63,419 bases of DNA, filler included, from Reticulomyxa filosa (GCA_000512085.1; 19 parts of 19 records of this genome joined end to end with filler, not necessarily neighbours in it); one strand, 5' to 3'. Counted from the first letter of the whole stretch, positions 1-12,215 are shown. Numbers and translations: made by a program. The notes: generated from the letters alone by a model not told the origin.

Positions 1-222
1 GAAAGCAAAGAGATGAATGATGATGGCCCACAGAAATACAACTATAGTTACAAAAATATTTGCACTTTTTGGATACACTCTCATTTTGTTCAAAACAAAG
101 AACAAATGGTTTTGCGCAAACGCGATTTGGACCTGCTCTGCAAAGATGAAAAACATCTCAAAGTTCCTTCTGATTTTTGTGTTACTCTTGGATATAATAT
201 TGTTAGAGAAAAACATATATAA
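1..222 (+). CDS. Possible 3' exon of an unknown gene (partial)
   Basis: Open frame from the window edge (ESKEMNDDGPQKY...REKHI*) followed by AT-rich non-coding DNA; no family recognised. Confidence 0.3.
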   Translation, partial: ESKEMNDDGPQKYNYSYKNICTFWIHSHFVQNKEQMVLRKRDLDLLCKDEKHLKVPSDFCVTLGYNIVREKHI

Positions 223-998
223 AGGAGAGCCCAAACAAATAAGCTAGGGACATACACAAGAGCTACTCCTACTGCCTTTTTTTTAACATCACATGATGTA
301 ATTTTTTTCTTTTTAAGACATAACTAGGAACTCATTTTGTTTAAAAATCGAACATTGAGGACGATTCTCTTATATAGATCAAATGTTGACTTGATCTGAT
401 TTACTTTTTTAAATACCTGATTCATGTTTAAAGTCTGTTCTAAAGTGTTATTTAATTTTTTCGCACTGTACTGTTATGAATACACTTATATTTTCCGAAC
501 GAAACATTAAAATATTTTTGCAAATAAATTCATTTGTGTCAATAATTTTTCAAAAAGTTAGATTATATATCTGAGAAAATTGCAAAAAATAGAAAAAAGA
601 AAAAAAAGGCAATTCTTTATGTGATATGTTTTTTACGTTTAATTGCATTGATATGTTGTGTTGGCGTGTTGGCGGTTGTGTTGGTAGGTTGCTCTGATAT
701 CTAACACGTTTTTCTAGCTATATTGTCGTAAAAATTACAAAGCTCATAAATAATCTTTGGAGATGAAACAAAATAGATGGATTTGATCAAAATTGTTATT
801 CACTGAGGTCCCTTGGCTTGAAACCCTTGTTTTCTCAAGTTTAAACCGAAAAAAAAAAAGTGATAAAAGCCGGAAAAAAAAACATTGCACAAACTCAAAA
901 AAGCAAAATTATCGATATCCTGTTCCTAGCGAGAAGAACAAACTCCCTCAACATTTTGTTGTTTTGTTTCTTTCCTATGAAGGGAGTTGAAATGCCGT

Positions 999-3660
999 TT
1001 AACATTGGTGGTCAATTCGCCAGCCCAAATAGAGTTTAATTGCAGCCATGCCACTAAAAACTGGGAGCACGATAAATAAATGCCAAAAATTGTGAGATGT
1101 CCCAATTTGGAAATACCATTTGTTCTCTTGACTAATCTCTGTAAACGTCTGTTCTGCCAATGATAGTGCTTGTTCTCGATATCCTTTTGTGATTGATTTT
1201 TTTGTTGTTGTGATCATTCTTACTGTTATTTGATAAGCTAAAATAATGACAACAAAACTAATACCTTGACGACTGAGCTGCAGCATATCTGTATATTTTT
1301 CTTCTCCCATTCTGGCTCGTAACTCTTTCAAGACAAAGTATCGTTCAGGAAACTGTGTGACTCGAAACACAGCAGCCAAGGTAAAACTACACAAGGTAAA
1401 TGTCCAAGCCAAAGTGAATCCGAAAGGATAGTCGTGTTTGAAAGAGATCAATTGTACGATATAATAGCCAAATACAAAATATTGTGTAAAAAATATGAAT
1501 AAGCCAAGCATATTTTCACGAATGCCGCGTGAGTCTTGGGCCGTTTGAGTAACTGTCACAGCAGTAGTAATCCCTGTTCATCCCCCCCCCATCCCCATCC
1601 CGACATTAATAGGCATTAATTTGCTTCCTCTTTCTTTTTGTTTGATAATTAAAAGCAAAAAGAAAAAGATATGGGCCATACCAAATGCAACCATCGATGA
1701 CATGAACATAATTTGCACATTAGGATCACAATAAAAAAGGAAATGCACCCATATGAACGAGGTTGACAAAGACTGTACGATAATGGATATGAAATCAATA
1801 TTCCACCACACTCGTGAGTATTCTGGAGAAACACAATGATACAAATGTGCTCCACCACTGCACAGTGAGCGAAAGAAGCAGCCAACACAACAAACTAGCA
1901 CCAAAGCTTTTGTGGACGAGTGTTGTGCTGTATAAAAGGCAGGATCAGTTTGTACCCAATACACAAACACGATTAACATTGCAATAAGTGGTCCCCATTC
2001 TGTCCAGACGTTCATTGTCTACAAAAAAAGGGGAAAAGAAAATATGTAGGGTTATTCACATTTATCATTATAAAAAAGAAAGAGCCAGTAACTTCATTGT
2101 GTATTTTAAACATAGACTTTGTCGCTTGCCAAACGCTGATTTCATTGCGATATCCATTTAAAACGTACTGATAAGCACTGACAAAAGACGGCAGTTCATC
2201 CATAGTTAGCAGCACGTTCGGATCAATTGGCAACGTAGGAGCACTTTGGGTTGTCTGGACAGCGGCAGTATCGCCTGGTCGAGGAGAGTTGGGCCGCGAC
2301 AAGCCTTCTTGTCGAATTTCTTTTTTGCCAATCCAACGCATTTCATGCTGGTCCATGTGTCCAGCAAAGGCACTAAAATACTTGACGCCAAAGATATCAT
2401 CCGAGGCCTTCTCTTGATCGCGGTTCAATTCTTCGATCCTCGAAGCCTCGCGCGTAGGACTAATGAAATCGGCCAACCCTCGTGCCGTTCGTTTTTGAGA
2501 AAAGGCACGAGTGCTGAGGGGCTTTATATTTAAAAAGCCAGAGCTCATACGAGCGTGTCCGCCCAGGGGCGAAATGGCGGAAGGGAGAATCACCGACGAA
2601 GGGACATTTAGAGTTTGCGTTAGATTTCTTTCGCGAGTGTTGTGAGCGGCTTTGTTTTTCGCAAACTGTGGCACCTGGTCCAATCGAATCGTCAGCTCTT
2701 GTTCCATCTTTGGGAACGCTCTGTTTACCGCTGTCCAAATGCTTGGATCCACTCCTTTTCAAACAATTGAATATATTCATATATGTTATAAAATGTATTT
2801 ATATATATATGTATATATGTATATGTATATATGAAATGATTGAACAGACCTCCTCCTCCTCCTCCACCAATACCCATGCCGACGGCGACAAAGTTGGGCG
2901 AACTCTCATGATTAGGCTCACTCGAGGACAGAGGACCCTGCGTCCCTCCAGTTCGGATGGTGAGGGCTTGCGCTTTGCCAATGCTCATTGGCTCCGCCAT
3001 GTTTTCTGTCAGCGCAGTGTCAAGCATCAGCGAATTCAAAAATGTAAAGCGCAATGAACGCTCCTTCCATTGCAGCTCCTTCATAATTATCGCAGACGCA
3101 AGCACGATCACCAGATTTGTGGTTGCAATCTCCGCCGAGCTCAACGTATTACCACTTTCTTTTTTTTGTTTGTTTTTTTGTTTTGTATTTGTTTCTGGAA
3201 TGGAAAGAGTAACAAAAAATCATTATGTCATATTCATGTTATATATGTACGTGTGTTAGTTGGGTTATATATTGTGCTTGTTTGCATACTTCAACATATA
3301 CAGCACATTTTTCTATATTATCATATATACGTATATTTATATACGTGTATACATGCATATGATTTTGTTTTAGTATCCCCCCCCCTCCTCCCTTCTCCTT
3401 GTTGTTTTTATGTGGTTGAAACGTAACCTGGGAATACGTCCGCTTTCCTCAAAATGATAAGAAAGTCCAACAACACAAGAGCGGCCAAAGACACAGCCAA
3501 GAAATAGACAGCGCGGATGAAAGCGAACAATCCAAACAAAAACAGCGCGCCGCAATAGTACAACAAAAAGTATGGTGTGTTCACGTTGCCAAGAGCTGCG
3601 AATTGAATGCTAAACGCGGTCAAGATAATGCAAATGCTGGTGACTTGGTTTATCACTATT
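999..3660 (-). CDS. PAQR/hemolysin-III (AdipoR/Izh-like) 7-TM protein with an additional N-terminal multi-TM region; multi-exon, 5' incomplete
   Basis: Frame-preserving GT-AG introns at 3159-3427, 2755-2849, 2019-2092, 1574-1681 (and a probable 81-nt intron at 1184-1264). Splicing reconstitutes PAQR motifs Y-VLNGYR...HNETMNVWT, SGGAHLYHC, NIDFISI, FPER and SHNFWHLF. Confidence 0.85.
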
Positions 3661-3700
3661 TTTTTTTTTTTTTCCCATCCCCCCCCCCCCACCCACAGTA

Positions 3701-3800
3701 NNNNNNNNNNNNNNNNNNNNNNNNNNNNNNNNNNNNNNNNNNNNTTAATTAATTAANNNNNNNNNNNNNNNNNNNNNNNNNNNNNNNNNNNNNNNNNNNN
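3701..3800. other. Artificial contig-joining spacer (N44-TTAATTAATTAA-N44); 18 copies in the window
   Basis: Identical 100-nt linker with stops in all frames at 3701-3800, 6001-6100, 7469-7568, 10979-11078, 13445-13544, 14843-14942, 16119-16218, 21436-21535, 27022-27121, 28710-28809, 30447-30546, 33910-34009, 35936-36035, 48434-48533, 53402-53501, 55254-55353, 57189-57288, 61868-61967. Confidence 0.99.
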
Positions 3801-4450
3801 CCCCTTCCTCACTCCAGATCCCTTTTCAAATTAAACTGAAATTTTTTTCTCCATATTAATGGTGAAGACAATATAATTCGATCATTCTCTGAGATAGCAT
3901 ATCAAAATTCTTTTCTATGTGACATCAGTAACCGACATTGTTTTGAGAAAAGTGTTGTTTTAGATTCAAAGTTCAGCACTGTCCTCACACAGCTCCAAAA
4001 TAGACAGAGATGGGTTTTAGAAATATAGAGCTATTGCAATGAGAACATGAGTGAAATAAAGATATTTTGAATTTGGTGACAGAAAACATGTTAAAAAAAC
4101 AAATGTCATCATGTTGACTTTGAATGTAAAAAAAAGATTTGCAGTTATTCAAAATGGTCATAAAGATTTGATAACAAAAAAAAAAATCAAAAAAAAGAGA
4201 AAAACAATAAAACAGCGTTTTACAAAGTTAGTCAAAGGATCAGATCCCTTTTGTATCATAAATAATATCATTTTGTACTGCTTCACTATTATGTTATGGG
4301 AAATATGTTTTTCTGGTGCAATCTATTTGGAAATAGTGTTTTTTCAATCTTCGATTATTGTCATTGTTATTATTGTATTTTTTTTTAAACTATCTTATTT
4401 CAACGTATCCCCTCACTCCATTTTTTTTAAAAAAACAAAGCCACTTCTTT

Positions 4451-5109
4451 TTAAATTACCTTTTCATTAACTCCCCAAGCCCCATCAAGAAATGGTATCG
4501 TTGTCAGTAGTCCAGTCGCTCCTATCAGACCTCCGGCACATCCTGCTGCACCTATACCAATGCCTCCTGTTGCCAATCCTGCGCCTACCACAGCAGCGGT
4601 TTGTACTAATGGATTGCTGGTGATAGATGGTAATCCTCCACCCGGCTTGTCAGAGTAATTTGTACTGGCGCTTGACGAGCGGTATGGAGCTATCACGATT
4701 CCTTTTATGTTACAATAAATATTTTAAAAACAATACAACAAAAACAACAATTATATATATGTATATACATGCCGTCATATTTATTCCATTTGATGCATAT
4801 GGTCACTGGGCCATATTGATCATCTTTTTCCAAATAACATTCTTTAAATCCATTTCTCTCAAAATAAGGATCAATCCAATCCATCACTAGAAAATCCACT
4901 TTCCACCAATCATAATCCGTCAATGCACCAAGACCAACTTTGTAGTTTACCCGAAAATTTGCTTGGGTAAGCTCATTATTCTCGACATTGTTCCAAGTAC
5001 GGCTCTCAACGTATCCGTCTCGTCGAAATTTGTGCGACACAGTAACGTAGTCCAAAGTATGGCCAAATTCGTTCTTCACTCTTACTGTTGTACTACAAGA
5101 TGTGCCCAT
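4451..5109 (-). CDS. PUD-1/PUD-2 (up-regulated in daf-2)-like domain protein with N-myristoylation-type start and C-terminal glycine-rich hydrophobic tail
   Basis: MGTSCS start; VRVKN...VTVSHKF...W...NYKVG...DWWKV...FKECYLEKDD pattern recalled for the PUD1_2 family; exons 5109-4773 and 4701-4451 join in frame via a GC-AG intron (4702-4772). Confidence 0.6.
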
Positions 5110-5879
5110 TGTTTTAATACTTTCACTGAAACCAGAATGAAACAACAAATGATACAAAAAAAACAAAAACACGTCCACACAAACGAGGAAACTTTTTTGG
5201 GGTACTTTTTATATTTGATAAATTCGAACTGTAAAAAATATTTGGTTTTCAAAAAAGTTTTCTTTCCTTTCTGAAAATAAAACAAATACTTTTGTCTCTT
5301 TTAATGAGAGTTAGCTTTTAAAAATCAATCATTGTTCCAAAACTGGAAGAGTTGGAATGAAAAAAACACAATAAAATAAACGTGTCTATTGAACATTTTA
5401 AACAATTTAAGGACAGCTTATTCGTATGCTTAAATTATTATCAATCCAGTTTTTTTAATAAAAATGATTTGCTTTTTTTATTTCTTTTGCTGAACTGAAT
5501 TTTCACAATGACTGAGTTATTCTATCTTTTGAATATGACACAATTCTTGAACAGTCTAATAATTACATTCTAAATATACCAAAGTTTTAAAATCAAAAAG
5601 CATCATAAGTCGAAGCAAATACTAAAAAAGCACTTAAGTAAGTTACTACAGTAGTTTGTAAAAAAAATGGCACACCGATTATGCTACTTTATAAATATTT
5701 TCAACATTTTTAAGAGGTGATTAATTATTTTGACGTATAAATTTGATTTTTAATGTTTTTTTATCTTTCACTGATTTTGTAAATTTTTGAAAGGAAAAAT
5801 TTGGACAGTTGTTTGTTTTAAATTATCAAAGTAAACTTTTGATTTTTTTAATTTGATTCCATTTGAATATATTTGATAA

Positions 5880-5950
5880 TAATTTAATAAAAATCATTGA
5901 TCCAACCTAATTTTATCTTTGAAATTCGAATCCAATGCTGAATAACAAAT
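5880..5950 (-). pseudogene. Remnant of the shared 'HWxRxLxIKLGWIxDF' module (Kelch-like family C-terminus)
   Basis: Minus strand reads VIQHWIRISKIKLGWINDFY*. Confidence 0.6.
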
Positions 5951-6195
5951 TTGGAATTTTGAGTGGTAAAACTTTTTGTTGCTTAACAAATCTATTTTTT
6001 NNNNNNNNNNNNNNNNNNNNNNNNNNNNNNNNNNNNNNNNNNNNTTAATTAATTAANNNNNNNNNNNNNNNNNNNNNNNNNNNNNNNNNNNNNNNNNNNN
6101 ATTTGCAAGGGCACAGGTCAGGAATATATTTTTGTATACATATAAAAGGAGGGGAGGGGGGGGGAGGATACTGAACCAAAAAAAAAAAAAAAAAG

Positions 6196-6597
6196 GAACA
6201 AGTAATGTCACCCGATGAACGACTGAGATACTTTCAAGATTTAACCTCTTCGAAAGAACAAGAATTAGTTGACCAAATATTTAACGACAGAACTGATTAC
6301 ACATACACACGTAACATCCATCTTTTGCGACAGTTACTGAAACAGTCGGTGGACTTGTTGCGGGAGAGTTTGCCTCATCAATTTGATTGTGCCATCTCCA
6401 AAAAAATGGCTGATGAATTGAACGACAGAATAAACATAATCAAAGTTTATTTGGAAAAGGCTGATACACCACAGGACGAAAGAGCAATCCGAGTTCATCA
6501 ACGAGATTATGACATTTTGGAAACTTTGGCTACTTGTTTGAGCGAACGCAAATATTTCATGCTTATTTGGTCTTTCATTGTTGGATCAAGTGGTTAG
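6196..6597 (+). CDS. 3' exon of an unknown helical protein (partial)
   Basis: About 130-codon open frame following an A-run/AG acceptor (6181-6195); no family recognised. Confidence 0.5.
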   Translation, partial: EQVMSPDERLRYFQDLTSSKEQELVDQIFNDRTDYTYTRNIHLLRQLLKQSVDLLRESLPHQFDCAISKKMADELNDRINIIKVYLEKADTPQDERAIRVHQRDYDILETLATCLSERKYFMLIWSFIVGSSG

Positions 6598-6689
6598 AGA
6601 TGCAATGCCCTTGCAAAATTGCAAGTGATCTTTGATATCATTTGTCTTTTTTGTCAATTTTTTATATTTCATCATTTTATCAATTGAAA

Positions 6690-7110
6690 TTATTGATATC
6701 AGTATCTTTGGCATTTTCAAGTGATTTCTTGTTGTAAAGTGTTTTGAAATATCATCCATTTATTTTCTTGAATTGAATACTTGTGCACTGGCTTTAGTAA
6801 ACGGATTTATTACCATTTCGACAATATCTATCAAAGAACGAGATGATACCATTGATACACATATGCATATCGAAACAATGATGCAATATCATCACAAACA
6901 GGTATTGAAAAGTGTTGTTATCTTCGTCATATTCTTGTATTCAGCTTAAACAGCAGCAGTTGATAATTTTGTTTATTTGTTTTCATCATTTCTTGTCCTT
7001 GTATATTTTCTGAATTTGATAGAAGTAATGATACGATATTAAATTATCAGTCGATAAAGTATCATGTTTAATAAATTGGAATGTATTTAAATCAATCACA
7101 TTAATATTGC
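6690..7110 (-). pseudogene. Degraded Kelch-like propeller fragment
   Basis: Minus strand contains DLNTFQFIKHDTLST, SENIQGQEMMKTN, EYDEDNNTF and HKYSIQENKWM, matching the intact paralog at 25583-26755, but with frameshifts. Confidence 0.75.
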
Positions 7111-7570
7111 CCCAACATTTACATATTTCATCATCAATATATGTCTTTTTGTATATTTAATATCCTTTTCCAAAAAACCTAACTTGTGTTGTAAATTTCA
7201 TAACCCTGTCTGTTATGTCCCTCTATGAAATAATAACATAAATTAGAAAGTATTATTTTGTGCTCAAGAATGAAATTGAAAAGTCCACAGTTCATAAGAT
7301 ATTTATTATGTTTTTTTGTGTTATGTAAATTACAAGCATTATATATTTATGGTAATGAAAAAGAAAAGGATAAAATTTAAACAAGAATGCTTTTATTAAA
7401 CTTCAAAAAATATCAAAGTATAATATATAAAATAAAAACAAAAAACAAGTCAATACGTAATGTTTTCGNNNNNNNNNNNNNNNNNNNNNNNNNNNNNNNN
7501 NNNNNNNNNNNNTTAATTAATTAANNNNNNNNNNNNNNNNNNNNNNNNNNNNNNNNNNNNNNNNNNNNTT

Positions 7571-7604
<34 letters not shown>

Positions 7605-7606
<2 letters not shown>

Positions 7607-8328
7607 TGTCTTCCCAAAATGACTTCTCTTCGTCGCAAAGAATCAGAAGTTTTAATAGCGGGCTCAAATTCAACAATGTAATGGTGAATCTCTTTTTTGA
7701 GCAAATCGCCAATGATAGGGAAACTATTGCTTTTCAAGTCCTCGATAATCCGAAAAGTTTCGTTTTTAGCCACTTTTTCCCAGTTGACTTTAGGCGGCGT
7801 CGGGAATTTGACACCTTGACGTTGTGCAGTTGTTTCGATAAGCTTGGCCTTGATAATTTCTTTGGGCTGTTCCGCGGCTTCTTTTGTCTCTTTGGTGAAC
7901 TCATTGTAATAGTAATAGCCTCCTTTGCTCAATGACTCGACTTTGATCCATTGACAGTTTTCATACTTCCATACACGCACAAACTGGGGACCTATGCTGT
8001 CGTTTGCATTCAGCTCTTCCACTTCTTTGATTAGTTCTCTGCTCGCTTTGCCATGATATCGACTCATTGCATTTTTGTTCCGGTCGCCCCCTCGGCCTCG
8101 GCCCCCTCTCCCCCCTCTTCCTCCTCCTCCACGTCCTCGGTAACCATGTTCTCCCCCACCACCACCACCACCGTATCGATCGTCCCCGTAACGTCGTCCT
8201 TCTCTTCCATAAGACCCCTCCCCTCCATATTGCTCGTCGTGGTAACCACCTCCTCTACTTTCTCTGTGGTATCCTTGTCTGGGACGGTGGCCGTGTCCAC
8301 TTCCATACTCTTCATCTCGTCGACTCAT
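7605..8328 (-). CDS. Argonaute/Piwi-family protein, 5' part (RGG-rich leader, WW-like domain, start of the Argonaute N domain); truncated by contig end
   Basis: Gly/Arg/Tyr-rich leader with RGRGGGGRGGRGGRGRGG, then LKSNSFPI...IHHYIVEFEPAI..RR.VI, resembling the L-x-N-x-F / Y-x-V-x-F-x-P start of Ago/Piwi N domains; PAZ and PIWI domains are not in the window. Confidence 0.6.
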
Positions 8329-9157
8329 TTGCTTGCACTTTTTATTCTCCCCCCTTTTTTTTTTTTTTTTAACAATCTTCCGTTTTTATACTAGTAATCC
8401 AAAGGGATGACGGACTGGGAAAACAGAGTCGTGTTAAAACAAAAAAAAAAGGTACGAAAGAAATAAAATAAAATATAGATAAAACAAAAAAAGGTGGCTT
8501 TTCTCTTCAACGTTTTGGACAAAAACACTAACTTGTGTTCTGAAACTAAATGACTATTTTTTCCAAGGATTTTTTCAAGAAAGGTACCCAACCAACTGAC
8601 AACACTGCATCGCTACAGAAAAATTATAAAGTACGCCTTGACCTTTTTTTATACAAGTACCTTGTATTAAAGGAAAAAAGAATTCTACTCTCTGGCTTAC
8701 TTGTGCTTTTGGTGATCAAATACTCAATTGTATGTTACTTGTGGCAGCCCACAACACATTCTACTTAAGTAATGCGCTGCAAGTTTATTTCGTCGCTATC
8801 ATGATATTTGCACTCACGGCATAATTGCAAGCTATCATGTCATTTGATTCGATGTTGATTGAATATTTAGAGTTACTAGGTTAGCATTATAGATGAGCAC
8901 GTACTTCATGTTAGTGTGCCTACAATTGATAATGTTTTTAATCGGAATTCGTAATTACGCTTGAGATAATCGCAGAACATTAAGTTTTATTGCGGAGAAG
9001 TCGAATCATTGAAAAAAATGAAAGGAAAAGCACGCTCGAGAAGTTAAGAAACTTTGAATCATCGAGCGGCAGAGATGGAAAGATAGTTTATATTTTCACT
9101 TGTTGTAAATCACATATCTTTATTCAAAATAACACAAAAAATGTTTGGAAAACAGCT

Positions 9158-10169
9158 TTAGTTGCTTGCACGTTGTTTAGTTTGTATTTTGTTTATGGCA
9201 ATATTGGAATCCCATTCACTGTGTTCAAGAGCTTGTTGAGCAATGTTTTCGTGTACCTTACAGTGACCGGCCACTTTTCGAATTAACTCATTTTTATCTG
9301 ATTCAGAGAGAGAGCTTTGAACTTTTACAGCTTTTTGATCGGCAGAGGAGCCTGGTGGAGGTTTAGCTTTCACTTGCAATTGATTCAAAGCCCTTCCAAT
9401 GTGAAATTGATCATTGATAATCAATGGTTTGCCTCCAGAGATCATAAGTAACAAAGTTCGTTGAAACTTGCGTGCCGACTTTTCACTCTCTCCATAGTAG
9501 CCATGAAACATAACCTGACAAAATGTTTGATTTTCTATCAATGAAATCATTTGCCCATCGACAGTAATAAGCGATGTGTCGTGGCGTGTTTCAGGAAACT
9601 TATCAGTAAAGAATTTCAAAATGGCCAATTTACCGAGCAAGACCATTTGATTTTGCCGAGAACGCGAAAGTTGCTGAAATCCTTGATCACATAAATTTCG
9701 ATTTAAAGTTTTCAATACGCCACTCAATCCATGTTGTGAGTCTATTGTATTTTGTGTTTGAAATAGTTGCTCTGAACATCAAAAAGACAGTGCACTAAAA
9801 AAAAAAAAAAAAAAATAAATTCTAACATAGATTGTACCTGATTTATAATTTAAATCGAAATTACGTTCTAGAAATGTAAGCGAAAAGGCAGCATCAGTAT
9901 GATACACATCCAGCAGCGATTGTCTATTTGCATCAAAGCGTCTCAAATATTGGCTGACGAAATTGAAGGCTTCGGACGAAGCAGAAGAAGGATGATGGGA
10001 AGACACAGGCAAGGAAGAATGTTTATCCAAAGTCCCCAGTATTTCATCCAATGTTTCTCCAAATGATACCAGTGGGTCGAAAAGCTCTCTGTTATCAAGT
10101 TTAATCAATCCGCGAAATCGCTTTGTCACTTCGTGTTGATACAGTCGGGCTGATTCTCCCGTTTCGTCT

Positions 10170-10208
<39 letters not shown>

Positions 10209-10978
10209 CAACACAAAAGACATAGCAAAAATTGATTACACTTTTTTATATATTTATTTTTGCGTACCATGTTTTATTTTTCAAAACCAATTCTCGAAGA
10301 GAATCCTCAAAGTCGGACAAATAATTTAATTCGGCAATGCTTCGAATTGGATTGTCAGCAAGAGACAAGTTCTTTAAAAATGGGGCCACTCTGCTTAGCT
10401 TTTGCAGCGTTTCCAAAGTGACAATGTCGTTTCTCGATAAGTCCAGACTCACTATCTACACTGACAATTCCCATCATTTTCCCAAAACAAGACATACATA
10501 TGATAACACATTGTGTTTCCTTTTTCAGGTTTTAACTTTGCTGCAAAATTTTTCGATAATGGCAAATACTTCATCAGTGAAGGCTTTGTTATGAAAACTT
10601 GCCCACGATCTATTTTCCTCTGAGACAAGGCCGCTCATGTTCAGTACTTTTGTTGTGTATGATTCGACACAACACAACACAACACGTTTAAGCATCAATT
10701 TCGTCCATTCAAAAAAAAAAAACAAAACACACATAGTCTTACATTTACTCTCCGGTTTGTATCGCTTACTCATCAAATTAGAAAGTATTTCTTTTTGGCT
10801 GGCTGTTCAAACATACACGCGCGTGCAAACACTTAGATCATTCCAAAAAAAAAAAAAAATAAAATCGAACAATTAAAAATCAAAAAGTCAACTTTGCAAA
10901 TCGTGTCGAAACACTTTGCCATCGCCTTGGTGACGAGGACGTGTGGTGGAGTATCCGTCTCTGCCTGTTTCAAATGCG
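9158..10978 (-). CDS. NXF1: Nuclear RNA export factor NXF1/TAP/Mex67 (LRR, NTF2-like, TAP-C/UBA); multi-exon, 5' incomplete
   Basis: SKRYKPESK-LLNMSGL; LRR (SLDLSRNDI, LKNLSLADNPI, LIKLD); NTF2-like (FVSQYLRRFDANRQSLLDVYHTDAAFSLT, FPETRHD, RKFQRT..IINDQFHI); C-terminal UBA-like (AQQALEHSEWDSNIAI). Confidence 0.88.
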
Positions 10979-11078
10979 NNNNNNNNNNNNNNNNNNNNNN
11001 NNNNNNNNNNNNNNNNNNNNNNTTAATTAATTAANNNNNNNNNNNNNNNNNNNNNNNNNNNNNNNNNNNNNNNNNNNN

Positions 11079-11396
11079 GCAAAATTTTCTCCAGATGATA
11101 AATTTATTGCATGTCCATACGATAATACAATTCGAATATGGAATATTGAAACAGGAATGGAATGTAATGTATTGAATGGACATTCACATAGTGTGAATGA
11201 TATAAAATATTTTCCAGGTGATCGAACAATTGTGTCATGCTCATATGATGCAACAATTCGATTTTGGAACGTAGAATCAGGAAAGGAAGTACAAAAGTTG
11301 GTAGGGTATAGTCATATGACTTGTATAGACGTTTCTCAAAATGGTGACACAATTGCAGTGTGTGCTTTTCGCAAAATTGACATTTGGGGCTTATAG
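11079..11396 (+). CDS. WD40-repeat protein, 3' fragment (possibly pseudogene)
   Basis: KFSPD, TIRIWN, LNGHSHSVNDIKYFP...SCSYDATIRFWN, ending IWGL*. Confidence 0.75.
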   Translation, partial: AKFSPDDKFIACPYDNTIRIWNIETGMECNVLNGHSHSVNDIKYFPGDRTIVSCSYDATIRFWNVESGKEVQKLVGYSHMTCIDVSQNGDTIAVCAFRKIDIWGL

Positions 11397-12118
11397 ATTT
11401 CGTACAAATAAATTAAATTTTGTTTAAAGATGCAAGAAGTAAATAGACTAACCCAAAGAAAAATATTTGACCAACATGTTTTGTTGAAACTTCAAATTTC
11501 AAACATGTAAATTATTTCTTTGAAATGATGTCTGTTTTTATTCAAGTGGATAATAAATTGGATTTTTACATTTGCAATGCCCTTCCTGAGATTGAATACA
11601 TCAATTTGATTCAAAGATATTGAGCAGTTTGCTTACTTTTTAAAAATACTTCATTGTTTTACTATTAAAACAGTTAAATGTATTTAAAGAAATCAAAATT
11701 AAACTGAATAAGAAATGTCCAGAAAAAATGTCGTCCTCAAAAAAAAGGGATATAGATTAAATAAAATTTTCTTTCATCTTTTTTTTTAAGATCATAGCAA
11801 TTAAAAGCCACTTTTAGAATGTAATCAGTTCCATTTTTTTATTCAATTCATTTATAGTTTTATTTCTGTTATCATATTTATTTAAAATAAAAAAATGATT
11901 GACAAAATAGAAAAGTATAATATCACAAAATCAGGTGGGATTATTTTAAAGTACCGTGTCGATACAATAATTGAACATTTTGTTGCTGTCTATATTTCAA
12001 AAATGCAACTGATTAGTTTTTTTTGTGTGTTATTTTTTCGTTTTTTAAAAAGGGTCATGTCACATCCCCTTTTTTAATAAAAACTTAAACTTAAAAAAAA
12101 TTCATCAAGATTAATCAC

Positions 12119-12215
12119 ATGGGTAATCGAACTACAACACAGAAACCTCCCAAAAGCAAAACTATCCACTTTCAAACTTTGAAGGAGTTACCTACTCCAT
12201 TTTATCAACCTCAAA
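12119..12215 (+). pseudogene. Truncated 5' stub of a Kelch-like family gene
   Basis: MGNRTTTQKPP...FQTLKELPTPFYQPQ matches the N-terminus of 25583-26755 and is preceded by the same upstream element; sequence then switches to unrelated DNA. Confidence 0.65.
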
